DNA of 64,000 nucleotides. Source: Alphaproteobacteria bacterium GM7ARS4. Its GTDB lineage: Bacteria > Pseudomonadota > Alphaproteobacteria > GM7ARS4. The stretch lies in assembly GCA_014332745.1 (NCBI GenBank), contig JACONL010000002.1, positions 82,919 through 146,918 of the forward strand, read 5' to 3'. The notes beneath the pieces are model-generated. The model saw only the letters and a program-made list of their open reading frames with translations. It made no database searches and was not told the origin of the DNA. Made by a program: the position numbers and the translations under genes. Below, one piece after another: positions 10,850-19,412 of this stretch. Every line of letters starts with the position of its first letter. Position 1 is the first letter of the stretch.

Positions 10850-11845
10850 CGCCTGTTGCCATGTATCGTTGGCGGATGGTGTGTTCTGGAGTCTGATACC
10901 GCGTTTATTGCTGATCATGGTGGGGGCGCATGTGGCGATAGTGTGATTCTTGAGGGAGAGGATGAGGCTCTGTTTTTGCGGGGGAATAGGGATGGGCTGG
11001 CGCTGTGGGTTTGTCCCTGTGAGTTTTGAGAGGCAGATGGGGAATCTGTCGCTATGACATTCTAGGACGTAGGACTCTTGCTCTGTTTGGGCGGGCGGTA
11101 GGGGCGCATCGAGCCATATGTGCTGTTCTTGGTCTTTTCTTGTGCTGAGGCGTAGGGTCTTACCGAGACAGAGGACGGGCTGGTGCATGCGGGGGCTGAC
11201 ATCAAAGAAGACAATATCGCCGGCGTGCCATGTATGGATGTGCTCTATGGATTCGATGGTGATGAGTCCGTAGAGGAAGTATGCGGGGATGGAGATGGGG
11301 TGGTGGATGGTGGCGTCAGCGGACGCAAAACGTTGGAGGATAGCTATCCATGCGTCATGCTGACCTTGGGGGATTTGGACGCACACAGGAATGGTATTTC
11401 CATGGCTCAGTGTCCACAGCCCGTGGAGGGAGAGCATATCGGCGTCTGTGGGATGAGGGTCATGCTGGTTGGCGATATGGCGGGCGTCGGTGATCTCGAC
11501 GGAGAGGCCAAGCTGGTGGGCGCATGCATCGATGATATGGTGGGCTTGGTCGGCCATGAAGGCGGATTGGATGGCGGGGTCTGCTTTATCCCATAGTGAC
11601 GAGAGTCCATTATGCCATGAGGGGTCGAGGGCAATATCTGGCAAGCGCACTCTGAGAGGGCATGGGCCCAAGAGCGCGCCAATGTCCCAGCACCATGCTT
11701 CGCTCTGCTCTGTGGCGGGATGGTGAGCGGTGAGGGTGAACGTAGCTTGTTGTCCCGCGCCATAGTGGAGTTGGACGGGATGGCGTTGGAGCGCTTGTTC
11801 TATATGGCTTTTCTTATCATTGAGAGGATGGGCAAGGGACAGCAT
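10829..11845 (-). CDS. sctQ: Putative T3SS cytoplasmic-ring protein SctQ (YscQ-like), divergent and His-rich
   Basis: Lies immediately downstream of the sctP T3S4-domain ORF (3 nt gap, same frame). The mid-region IPAYFLYGLITIESIEHIHTWHAGDIVFFD...PVLCLGKT resembles the YscQ segment RIPLPILISLRWHKVYLTLDEVDSLRLGDVLLAP...SPVLAYVGEN. The C-terminal SpoA-like region is weak. The ATG at 11845 is preferred over the TTG at 11854. Confidence 0.45.
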   Translation of the reverse strand: MLSLAHPLNDKKSHIEQALQRHPVQLHYGAGQQATFTLTAHHPATEQSEAWCWDIGALLGPCPLRVRLPDIALDPSWHNGLSSLWDKADPAIQSAFMADQAHHIIDACAHQLGLSVEITDARHIANQHDPHPTDADMLSLHGLWTLSHGNTIPVCVQIPQGQHDAWIAILQRFASADATIHHPISIPAYFLYGLITIESIEHIHTWHAGDIVFFDVSPRMHQPVLCLGKTLRLSTRKDQEQHIWLDAPLPPAQTEQESYVLECHSDRFPICLSKLTGTNPQRQPIPIPPQKQSLILSLKNHTIATCAPTMISNKRGIRLQNTPSANDTWQQALQNKAR

Positions 11846-11857
11846 GGAGGACAATGT

Positions 11858-12199
11858 TTATTCGTTCTGTTCTTGTCGGTAGGCTTCGGCATAGGCGCGT
11901 TGCTGTGATTCTTCTTGTTCCGAGTCTTGACTTTGGTAGTCGAGGCGCACCGTGACCTCATGGTCTGTTTGTTCGCTGAGGAAGCTTTGGAGTCCTTCGA
12001 TATGGCCGCTCATGATGTTATGGGAGAGGGGCGATGACGTTGAGACGACGACGCTGAGTTTTCCGTGCTGTTGATGGAGTTGAATATCGGTGCGTGGGAG
12101 GATGGAGTCATGGACGGTGATATGGACTCGTGATTCGCCGGGCTGATTGTTGTGTTGGACAAGGATTTTTTGGGCAATGTCTTGGATATTGTGTGGCAT
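11858..12199 (-). CDS. sctP: T3SS needle-length regulator SctP, C-terminal T3S4 (FliK-like) domain ORF
   Basis: 113-aa ORF with a T3S4-like alternating hydrophobic pattern (RVHITVHDSILPRTDIQLHQQHGKLSVVVSTSSPLSHNIMSGHIEGLQSFLSEQTDHEVTVRL). It sits between sctV and sctQ, as in sctP-sctQ operons. Confidence 0.55.
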   Translation of the reverse strand: MPHNIQDIAQKILVQHNNQPGESRVHITVHDSILPRTDIQLHQQHGKLSVVVSTSSPLSHNIMSGHIEGLQSFLSEQTDHEVTVRLDYQSQDSEQEESQQRAYAEAYRQEQNE

Positions 12200-12732
12200 G
12201 GTGGGGGGCGATGGTGTTGTGGGCGATGTGGGAACAGCTTGTTCCGCATGGGCGGTTTGAGGCAGTGAGGTGGCGGCTACCGATGCTGATGTGATGTCCG
12301 ATGGCGTCTGTGTGGTAGGACGAGATGGTGCGTTCTCTTGATGTTGTGGCCTATGGAGGTGATGTTTTGCCGCTAGCTGAGGGGGGGATATGGTTGGGGC
12401 GAGGCGGACGCTGTGTGGGGTGATGTATGAGGCGACGTTGTGTGGGGTGATGTGTGGGCTGGCTGTGCGGTGCGTAAACCTTGTGTCTGTGTGCTGTGCT
12501 GTGCTTTGTTTTGTGTGCGTGTGTTGCTCTTCGGTTTTGTGTTTTGTGTGCGCTTTTCCTGTTGCGCCTTCTTTTTTTTGACATGGCGTGGCGTCTTCTT
12601 TTGGAGAAGGGCGTTCATTCTTGCCACATCGGAGGGGTGTGCTGTGTCACCTGTGGGCGTTGATAGGGCGGGGGTGTCACTGAGAGTCGCTGGCACTGAG
12701 GGCGTGGATGGGACGTTGAATGTTGTTGTCAT
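12010..12732 (-). pseudogene. sctP: Pro/Ser/Thr/His-rich low-complexity ORF fragments, probably the disrupted N-terminal part of sctP
   Basis: ORFs 12373-12732 and 12010-12249 share one frame and are separated by a single in-frame TAG at 12373-12375. The T3S4 ORF (11858-12199) is in another frame, with a G6/C6 tract at about 12203-12208 at the junction and a G7 tract at 12381-12387 beside the TAG. Combined length of about 350 aa fits SctP proteins with Pro-rich N-terminal repeats. Confidence 0.35.
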
Positions 12733-12867
12733 GAGGGTTATGTTTTTGGGGTGATGTTTTTTCTGTCGATGCCTGTGAGGAATGTCTTTGGGTGTCGCTT
12801 AGGTGTCCGCCATGGGGGCGGTTGTGTCATTTATTTCTCTTCTGTTATCGGTGGCGTGTGAGGGTGG

Positions 12868-15024
12868 TTAGGCGGCATTGGCTGTCTCTTCCATGTCTTG
12901 TGTTGCCATTGTTTCTTGTGGTTGTTGTTGTGTTTCTGTGTTTGTGCGAATTTTTCCCAATGGTTGGATGGTCATTTCTTGGGTGAGTTCTTGGTAGGCG
13001 AGGACGGGCAGGTCATAGATTTCCAGTTCGATGAGTTTTCGCACATAGCGGCGTATATCGGTGGCGGTGACGAGGACGGGGTTTTGTTGATGGTCGGTGA
13101 GCGTGCCGACGGTCTTTTTCACGGAGTCGACAAATTGGTGCGCGCTTTCTGAGTCGAGGGCGAGATAGCTTCCTCCTGATGTTTGTCTGATAGCGCCACG
13201 TATTTTTTCCTCGATACTCGACTCGATAAGGTAGGCGGGGAGGATATTTTGCCCTGCTGAGAATTGGTAGCTGATTTGTCGTCCTAGGCTCATGCGGACA
13301 TATTCGGTGAGGAGGACGCTATCTTTTTCCTTTTGTCCCCATTCGATGAGGGCTTCTAGGACGGTGCGCATGTTGCGTATGGAGATGGATTCTGACACTA
13401 AGCGTTTGAGGATTTCGGCAACTTTCTGTAGAGGGAGCACCCGTTGAATTTCTTTCACCAAGTCGGGGAATTGCTCTTCCATGTTGTTGAGGAGGAAATA
13501 CGTCTCTTGGATACCGATAAAGGATTCGGCATGACGTTTGAGGACAAAGCTGAGGTGATAAATAAGGATTTCTGCTGTTGTCATAGAGGATAGTCCCGCT
13601 TTTTTCATGGCATCCTTATGCTTTCTATCGACCCATAGGCTTGGGAGGTTGGGGAGGAAGGCCTTATCTTCTTCGTAGGGGATATGAAAGAGCTCGAGAT
13701 TTTCTGCCTTTTCCCGTGAGAGCAAGGCATGGGGACGTAATGTGCCTCTGGTGACGGGGACTTCTTGGAAGAGGATACTATAGTCGCCATCCTGCATGGT
13801 GCTGGCAAAGCGTAATTTGATTCCTGGAAATGGCACGCCTAGGTCATAATATAAGGCGCGTCGTGCCCGTATGAGTTGGTCGTTCATCATGTCGCTATCG
13901 ATGGACTCTTGCATCATGGCGGCGACTTCGATGAGGAGAGGCGTTGTCAGGGAGAATCCTTGCTCGTCATCGATACGTGTTTTTTGTCGTCCTTGCACAT
14001 CGGGGGCTGTGGCGTCTTGTTTTGCTTTTCCTTTTTCTTGGGCGAGAGCGTGGCGTTGGCGCATCGAGAACCATACAGGGACACCTAACAGACAGGCGAT
14101 GGTGAGAAAGATGAACGAGGGAAAGCCCGGGATGAGGGCGAAGCCCACCATGAGTCCAGCGGCAACGAGGAGCGCCCGTGGTTCTTGGGAGACTTGGATG
14201 ATAATATCAGAGCCTAAATCCCGTTTTTCCTCTGAGGAGACACGGGTGACGATCAAGCCAGACGTAATAGCAATAAAGAGGGCGGGAATCTGTCCTATCA
14301 AGCCATCCCCGATGGTGAGGATAGAGTAGATATGGGCGGCTTCTGCTGCTGTCAGGCCATTTTGGACGACGCCAATGGTGATGCCACCGACCATATTGAC
14401 GGCGACGATGATAAGGCCAGCGATGGCGTCGCCTTTGACGAATTTCATCGCCCCATCCATTGACCCAAACAGCTGACTTTCCTTTTCGATATTGCTACGT
14501 CTTGTGCGCGCTTCTTCTATATCGATGAGTCCCGCCCGCATGTCGCCGTCGATGCTGATTTGCTTGCCCGGCATGGCATCGAGGGAGAAACGGGCGCTCA
14601 CTTCGGCAACACGCTCAGCGCCTTTCGTGATGACGACAAATTGGACGATGGTGAGGATAAGGAAAATGACAATACCCACAATGAGATTGCCCCCCACGAC
14701 AAAATTGCCAAAGGTAAAGACGATGTCGCCGGCATCCGCTTGGAGCAAAATCAAACGTGTCGTGCTAATGGATAACGCCAAGCGAAACAGAGTCGTGATG
14801 AGCAACAAGGAAGGGAAAGAGGCAAATTCCAAAGGTGTCGTTAAATACACCGCCACCATGAGCAATATGACGGCAATGCCCATATTGAGGGCGATGAGCG
14901 TATCGATAAGGTAGGTAGGCAGGGGAAGGATCATCATAAAGATGACGGTGACCATCATCAGGGCGAGGACAATGTCGCTACGCCCTGAGACGATACGTAA
15001 AAATTTGTTGAGGACGGCTGTCAT
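12868..15024 (-). CDS. sctV: T3SS export-gate protein SctV (LcrD/YscV family)
   Basis: 718 aa with FlhA/SctV hallmarks (FSLDAMPGKQISIDGDMRAG; GSMDGAMKFVKGDAIAGLII; ITSGLIVTRVSSEE). The C-terminal domain is very similar to Yersinia LcrD as recalled (NILPAYL...EEKIR...RQTSGGSYLAL...DIRRYVRKLIE...LPVLAYQELTQ). Confidence 0.93.
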   Translation of the reverse strand: MTAVLNKFLRIVSGRSDIVLALMMVTVIFMMILPLPTYLIDTLIALNMGIAVILLMVAVYLTTPLEFASFPSLLLITTLFRLALSISTTRLILLQADAGDIVFTFGNFVVGGNLIVGIVIFLILTIVQFVVITKGAERVAEVSARFSLDAMPGKQISIDGDMRAGLIDIEEARTRRSNIEKESQLFGSMDGAMKFVKGDAIAGLIIVAVNMVGGITIGVVQNGLTAAEAAHIYSILTIGDGLIGQIPALFIAITSGLIVTRVSSEEKRDLGSDIIIQVSQEPRALLVAAGLMVGFALIPGFPSFIFLTIACLLGVPVWFSMRQRHALAQEKGKAKQDATAPDVQGRQKTRIDDEQGFSLTTPLLIEVAAMMQESIDSDMMNDQLIRARRALYYDLGVPFPGIKLRFASTMQDGDYSILFQEVPVTRGTLRPHALLSREKAENLELFHIPYEEDKAFLPNLPSLWVDRKHKDAMKKAGLSSMTTAEILIYHLSFVLKRHAESFIGIQETYFLLNNMEEQFPDLVKEIQRVLPLQKVAEILKRLVSESISIRNMRTVLEALIEWGQKEKDSVLLTEYVRMSLGRQISYQFSAGQNILPAYLIESSIEEKIRGAIRQTSGGSYLALDSESAHQFVDSVKKTVGTLTDHQQNPVLVTATDIRRYVRKLIELEIYDLPVLAYQELTQEMTIQPLGKIRTNTETQQQPQETMATQDMEETANAA

Positions 15025-15071
15025 GGTTTTTATGGCGGGGCTTTTATGGCGGTGTCTGTGGCGGGATGTCG

Positions 15072-15476
15072 TTAGGATGTCGTTGGGATGGTGGGCGACT
15101 CTTGTGTGCGTGCGCCAACATAGTCGAGGAGTGCTTGTCCTAAGGCGCCTTTGCCGTCTTTGTCGTGTGCTGTCATGGCGCTGAGCGCCTTACAGCGTAA
15201 GAGCATGATAGCGGGGGGAAGGCTCTTGTCGCCTATGGTCTGTTTGAATTGGTCGATGGCGGTGAGAGTCCCTTCATAGTCGCCTGCGCGAAATCGGTGA
15301 TAGATTAATTGGCGTAAGATGTGGAGAGAGGGTTCTGTCATGCGGGCGAGGGACTCGACAATGATGAGGGCATCGCTCTCTCTTTGATGTTTCACGAGGA
15401 GCGAGGCAAGCATCAAGAGGAAGTCGCGCTCTTCCGTATCGGTGGTGATGCGTGTTTGTTGCTGTGGTGTTGTCAA
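15072..15476 (-). CDS. sctY: YscY-like TPR chaperone (SctY)
   Basis: 134 aa immediately upstream of sctV. Its pattern parallels YscY (ERDFLLMLASLLVKHQRESDALIIVESLARMTEPSLHILRQLIYHRF vs YscY RQQEFLLLNGWLQLQCGHAERACILLDALLTLNPEHLAGRRCRLVALL). Confidence 0.6.
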   Translation of the reverse strand: MTTPQQQTRITTDTEERDFLLMLASLLVKHQRESDALIIVESLARMTEPSLHILRQLIYHRFRAGDYEGTLTAIDQFKQTIGDKSLPPAIMLLRCKALSAMTAHDKDGKGALGQALLDYVGARTQESPTIPTTS

Positions 15477-15524
15477 TGGTCGCGTCCTCCTATCACTCTC
15501 ATAGTGTCTTAAAAAGGGGTGGGG

Positions 15525-15914
15525 CTAGCCATGGATATGCGCTTGGCGTCTATCGACGAGTTCGAGATAGTCGTCTTTGAGTGCCGTGAGAAACTCGGCG
15601 CTACGTTCGAAGAGTGCTGTATAGTCTGGTTGTAGGCGTCCTGCCTCGTGCATTTTCTCGATAAGGCTTTGTAAGATGTCGCGATAGCGGGCGGGGAGGA
15701 GAATAGAGGAGTCTTCCATGACGGGTGAAAAATAGGCAGCGATGTCTTCATGGAGGGCGGGCGGGAACAGGACATCTTCCACCATAGGGCGGGTGCTTAC
15801 GTGATTGGGGGCGAGCGTTCCTCGACGGGGCAGGGACGATGGCTGTGTCTGTTGGCGGACGACTTCTTCCAGACCTTTATCGAAGCGTAAGAGGGGATTG
15901 AGTTTGACGGACAT
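15525..15914 (-). CDS. sctX: YscX-like secretion substrate/chaperone partner (SctX), tentative
   Basis: 129 aa in the yscX position, upstream of the YscY-like gene and downstream of the SycN-like chaperone. Sequence similarity is weak. Confidence 0.4.
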   Translation of the reverse strand: MSVKLNPLLRFDKGLEEVVRQQTQPSSLPRRGTLAPNHVSTRPMVEDVLFPPALHEDIAAYFSPVMEDSSILLPARYRDILQSLIEKMHEAGRLQPDYTALFERSAEFLTALKDDYLELVDRRQAHIHG

Positions 15915-15940
15915 GATGATAGCGATGGGATGGGAGGTGG

Positions 15941-16312
15941 CTAGCCTTTAAAGGCTTGGGTCAGTTGCAAGAGCCTATCGATGGCTTGTTCGAAGAGGGA
16001 TATGACGAATCGCTCTTCTTCTATACGGACAAGGGCGATATGGGTATGGTCTCTGATAAGGGCGATACTCATCTGGAAAGGCGCGCGGCGTTGAGGATGG
16101 CATTGGGCAAGGATATGGAGATACGTTTTCATGGCGATGTCGCGCGCCTCGATGCTCATAGAGAGCACAATATGTCCCGACTCGACGCGCTCGATGAACA
16201 GCTGCTTGTCTTCTTCTAACTGAAGAGAGAGCACGCCATCCTTTTCCATATCGAAAGGAGGCAATTGCGCCATACGGGCAAACTGATTGAGTGTATCATT
16301 CAAACCATTCAT
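15941..16312 (-). CDS. Class I T3SS chaperone (SycN/YscB-like) for the gatekeeper
   Basis: Small acidic CesT/SycN-type alpha/beta chaperone (VLSLQLEEDKQLFIERVESGHIVLS...FEQAIDRLLQLTQAF) directly after sctW. Start taken at MNGLND; the track ORF extends to 16381. Confidence 0.6.
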   Translation of the reverse strand: MNGLNDTLNQFARMAQLPPFDMEKDGVLSLQLEEDKQLFIERVESGHIVLSMSIEARDIAMKTYLHILAQCHPQRRAPFQMSIALIRDHTHIALVRIEEERFVISLFEQAIDRLLQLTQAFKG

Positions 16313-17432
16313 CTTCTTCTCTGGCGATAGCTTCGTCCTGTGCCTGTTTGACAATGTCGAGGAGGCGCGTGCGTTGTTCATGGTCGTGGTAGATTTTGTC
16401 TGGCATCTGTTCCAAGACTGAGCGGAATGTGCGTAGGAGATTGATTTCCTCTGTGGCTGTTTGTGCCTTCATGTCTTGGGCGATGGAGCGGATGGATGAT
16501 GCGTCAGGCCAATCCTCTGAGGTGAAATGGAGGAGGCGATTCATCATGAAGGATGGGTCGATGGTCGCAAAGCGTTTCGACAGAGCCGCCATATGTTCGA
16601 GGGACTCCTTGCATGCCTCATGGAGTGTGACGAGGGTTTCTAAATGATAGAGGTCATCGATGATGGTTTTGAGGGCTTCGCCTTCGAGGGATGGTCCGTG
16701 GGCGTTGAGGTCGTCGCCTGCCGCTTTGATGAGGAATTGGGCATGTGTGTGAAGGTCTTGCGTGCCAAACTTCTCCACAAGGGTTTCATAGACATGCTTG
16801 AGGCCTTTATAGGCGAGGACGCTCTCCCGATAGTTGTTGCGTAAGGCGCTGAATCTGTCGGCGTCGCCTTGGGCGACATCGAGGGCTCTTTGGGTGATAT
16901 TCACCCCGGCGCGCACTTCTGGTCCGTGCCGTTCGAGCAACTGGCCTTTGATATGGCGGATGCTGTTGCGCAACGACTCGTCTCCCCCTTGTTTTTTGAG
17001 TTCTTCTTCGAGGGCGTCTAAGGCGAGATAGCGGTCGCTCACATCGCCAAATTGTCGTTCGACCATGGCGGCGAGTGTCGCCATGGTTTTTCCTTTGAGG
17101 CTATTATGCTGGGCGAGGAGGTTTTGCACCTCTTTTTTCAGGTGGGGGTCTTTGATGGTCTTGAGGACTTCATTAGCGCCGTCTTTTTGCGTGACCTGTT
17201 GGTGCGCTGTCCCTTTTTGCTCTGTCTTTTTATGTTTGCGTTCGTGGGCGCGTTCACCGACAAAAATGCTTATTTCTTCGATGGCATCGGTCAAGAGAGA
17301 TTGGACTTGTGGCACAATTTGTATGCGTTGTCCTCTGTACACGCCTTGTGTTTGTGCGGACTGGGCTGGTGCTTGTGTCCCCACATTGGCGTTACGGACG
17401 GCTGCGTCATGCTGAATGCGTTCTACCATCAC
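16296..17432 (-). CDS. sctW: T3SS gatekeeper SctW (YopN/TyeA-like fusion)
   Basis: 378 aa, matching YopN (about 290) plus TyeA (about 90). Contains the gatekeeper LALDALEEEL region and is followed by a class I chaperone, sctX and sctY, as in the Yersinia yopN-tyeA-sycN-yscX-yscY-yscV operon. Confidence 0.7.
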   Translation of the reverse strand: MMVERIQHDAAVRNANVGTQAPAQSAQTQGVYRGQRIQIVPQVQSLLTDAIEEISIFVGERAHERKHKKTEQKGTAHQQVTQKDGANEVLKTIKDPHLKKEVQNLLAQHNSLKGKTMATLAAMVERQFGDVSDRYLALDALEEELKKQGGDESLRNSIRHIKGQLLERHGPEVRAGVNITQRALDVAQGDADRFSALRNNYRESVLAYKGLKHVYETLVEKFGTQDLHTHAQFLIKAAGDDLNAHGPSLEGEALKTIIDDLYHLETLVTLHEACKESLEHMAALSKRFATIDPSFMMNRLLHFTSEDWPDASSIRSIAQDMKAQTATEEINLLRTFRSVLEQMPDKIYHDHEQRTRLLDIVKQAQDEAIAREEDEWFE

Positions 17433-17441
17433 TTTCTCGCC

Positions 17442-18455
17442 TTAGATACGTAGGGCATTCACCCAAGCGATCATTTGGCGATGGGCATGCGATTCCATCT
17501 GTGAAGAGATCTCCATATATTGGGTCATGTCATGGGTGAGTTTTGTCAATTGTCGTGTGGACTCTTGCATTTGGTTTTGACTATTTTCTAGGCGCGCCGT
17601 GACGTCTTCTTCGAACTGATCCCATAGTTTTTTATCGGCATTGCTCGCTGGGACGTTAAAGCCGTTGTCTTCGAACCATTGTCTTGTGTCATCGGGGATG
17701 TTGGTCGTTTTTGTTTCCACCTTGAGGTCGGCTTCTTTGATTCCCCAGACATATTTTGCTAAGTCATAGGCGTTGACGGTGACATAGTCTTCGCCCAATT
17801 CATGGAGGGGGAATGTCGCATCTTTATTGAGGCCGACTGAGGCTTCAATATCAAAGCCAACCGCTTTAGCGCGGGCGAGGAGGTCTTTGTTGATGATGAC
17901 AGCATCGGTAGGGTCGATATTAAACAATTTGCGTCCGAATTGGTCTTTTGGATATTTATGTCTGTTGGGGTCATAATCCCACCACCCCAGAGCCCACCAG
18001 TTATGTTCATTGGTCGAGAGTTGTTTCAGGTTTTTTTCATTGTATCCGTCGCTTCTCAAGTGTGAGATGATGTGATGTCCCGATGGCGATGCCTTGAGTT
18101 CTTCGATGATTTGGGCGGCTGTTGTCTTTTTCGCGCCGACACGTGCGGCATGGAGTTCGTCCAATTTACCGGCAAGGGTTTCTGATTGGACTTCGAGATT
18201 GCCTTGTTCTTGGGCGACGCTACTAATGTATTGCTGTATCTGTTGGGCGCGCGTCATCATGAGGAAGACAATCATGTGTTGTGGGTCCATCTCGTTGAGG
18301 ATACGGTCGGCTTCGGCTTGCTCGCGCACTTTTTTGAGTCTTGTGTTTTCTGTTTGCGCCCATTTCTGTGACGCTTTGACTTGTTGCAAGGTCGTATCGA
18401 CGAAGGATGTATCGATATGGTGGACGTTGATTTTAAAGGACGGGATGAGGGGCAT
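17442..18455 (-). CDS. Hypothetical coiled-coil protein heading the sctW-sctV operon; candidate T3SS secreted substrate (tip, translocator or effector-like)
   Basis: 337 aa with predicted N- and C-terminal coiled-coil helices flanking a globular core (NEHNWWALGWWDYDPNRHKYPKDQFG...). No TM segment or signal peptide. Its architecture is LcrV-like, but no motif-level match was recognised. Confidence 0.45.
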   Translation of the reverse strand: MPLIPSFKINVHHIDTSFVDTTLQQVKASQKWAQTENTRLKKVREQAEADRILNEMDPQHMIVFLMMTRAQQIQQYISSVAQEQGNLEVQSETLAGKLDELHAARVGAKKTTAAQIIEELKASPSGHHIISHLRSDGYNEKNLKQLSTNEHNWWALGWWDYDPNRHKYPKDQFGRKLFNIDPTDAVIINKDLLARAKAVGFDIEASVGLNKDATFPLHELGEDYVTVNAYDLAKYVWGIKEADLKVETKTTNIPDDTRQWFEDNGFNVPASNADKKLWDQFEEDVTARLENSQNQMQESTRQLTKLTHDMTQYMEISSQMESHAHRQMIAWVNALRI

Positions 18456-18636
18456 GGGACATGTTTCCTGTATGGTGATAGCGAGTCAGTGTGTCTCTTG
18501 TATGTGGCGGGATAGGGTGTTGTGTCACAAATAAAGAGACGTTTTATGGTGTTCTGTCACAGAAAGGGACGACATCGTGTCAAAGACCTCTGATGGGCGA
18601 TGTCTGTTGATTTTTTGATGACAAAGGGAGGACGGC
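18456..18636. promoter_or_regulatory. Divergent intergenic region presumed to drive both T3SS operons
   Basis: The only sizeable noncoding gap in the T3SS locus; all other gene junctions overlap or are under 30 nt. Contains three spaced copies of a GTGTCA(C/A)A-like motif (tgtgtcacaaa, ttctgtcacaga, tcgtgtcaaaga). Confidence 0.4.
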
Positions 18637-18966
18637 ATGACGAAAGAGACAAGAGACCAGACGGGGGGCTCTATCACCCACCTTCACGCGGCGTTGCTTA
18701 AGGCACAGAACAGCCTTTCCTCGCATGCTCAGAGGATTGCGCAATGGGACAAGGAGTCTGGTGATGTGCCTCGCCTCATGGAAGAACAATCATTTCCTCC
18801 CCCTTTGTTGGAATTTATCGAAGAGAAGATACGTGAATTCATCAAGGAGCGGCAAGGCGACCTTGACATCGCCATCGATAAGGGGCGTGAGAAGGCTGGT
18901 CTGCCCTTACGGCGTCATGGCGTGCGTTCAGCGCGGAGGACGCATCGAGGCATCATCAACGTCTAA
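18637..18966 (+). CDS. Hypothetical small protein, first gene of the plus-strand T3SS operon
   Basis: 109 aa, charged and helical (LLEFIEEKIREFIKERQGDLDIAIDKGREKAG). No family recognised. Confidence 0.4.
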   Translation: MTKETRDQTGGSITHLHAALLKAQNSLSSHAQRIAQWDKESGDVPRLMEEQSFPPPLLEFIEEKIREFIKERQGDLDIAIDKGREKAGLPLRRHGVRSARRTHRGIINV

Positions 18967-18983
18967 TCATAGGAGGAAGAGCA

Positions 18984-19298
18984 TTGATGGCACATTCATC
19001 CCATACCATGTCAAACAAAGAGATTGTCCAAGCCCATAGGCAGGCTCGTAAGGGATTAAAACACTCTCTCTCGACGTTATTTGCTTCTCTTCCTTTCGCG
19101 CCTGAGAAGGTCGCCCTCTTGGTGAAGAGTGGTGCGTTGGACGACCATCATATGATGGCATCGGCACAACGCCGTTTTCGCCAGATGGACCAAGTGCTTG
19201 CGCGCGGCGGCAAGCTCAGCGATATGGAGACGCAAGACAGCGCCCCGCGCGCCGCGCGCCCTCAACATGGGGCGCGCAGGCACAAAATCAACGTATGA
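18984..19298 (+). CDS. Small helical protein in the LcrG/PcrG position (putative SctG)
   Basis: 104 aa immediately upstream of the tip-like ORF and lcrH. The call rests on position and size only. Confidence 0.3.
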   Translation: MMAHSSHTMSNKEIVQAHRQARKGLKHSLSTLFASLPFAPEKVALLVKSGALDDHHMMASAQRRFRQMDQVLARGGKLSDMETQDSAPRAARPQHGARRHKINV

Positions 19299-19412
19299 AG
19301 ACATGCGTTGGGGAACAACATGGCGAGAAGTGACACGAATGAGAGAGCATCTCTATGACATGGTTGCCCATCACCTATCTTTTGTTTCGCTGTTCAGGAG
19401 GAAGAAAGACCC

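Noticed and set aside
13871-14914. Plus-strand ORFs inside sctV (13871-14329, 14492-14914)
   Set aside because: Antisense to a very well-supported SctV reading frame, with no motifs.
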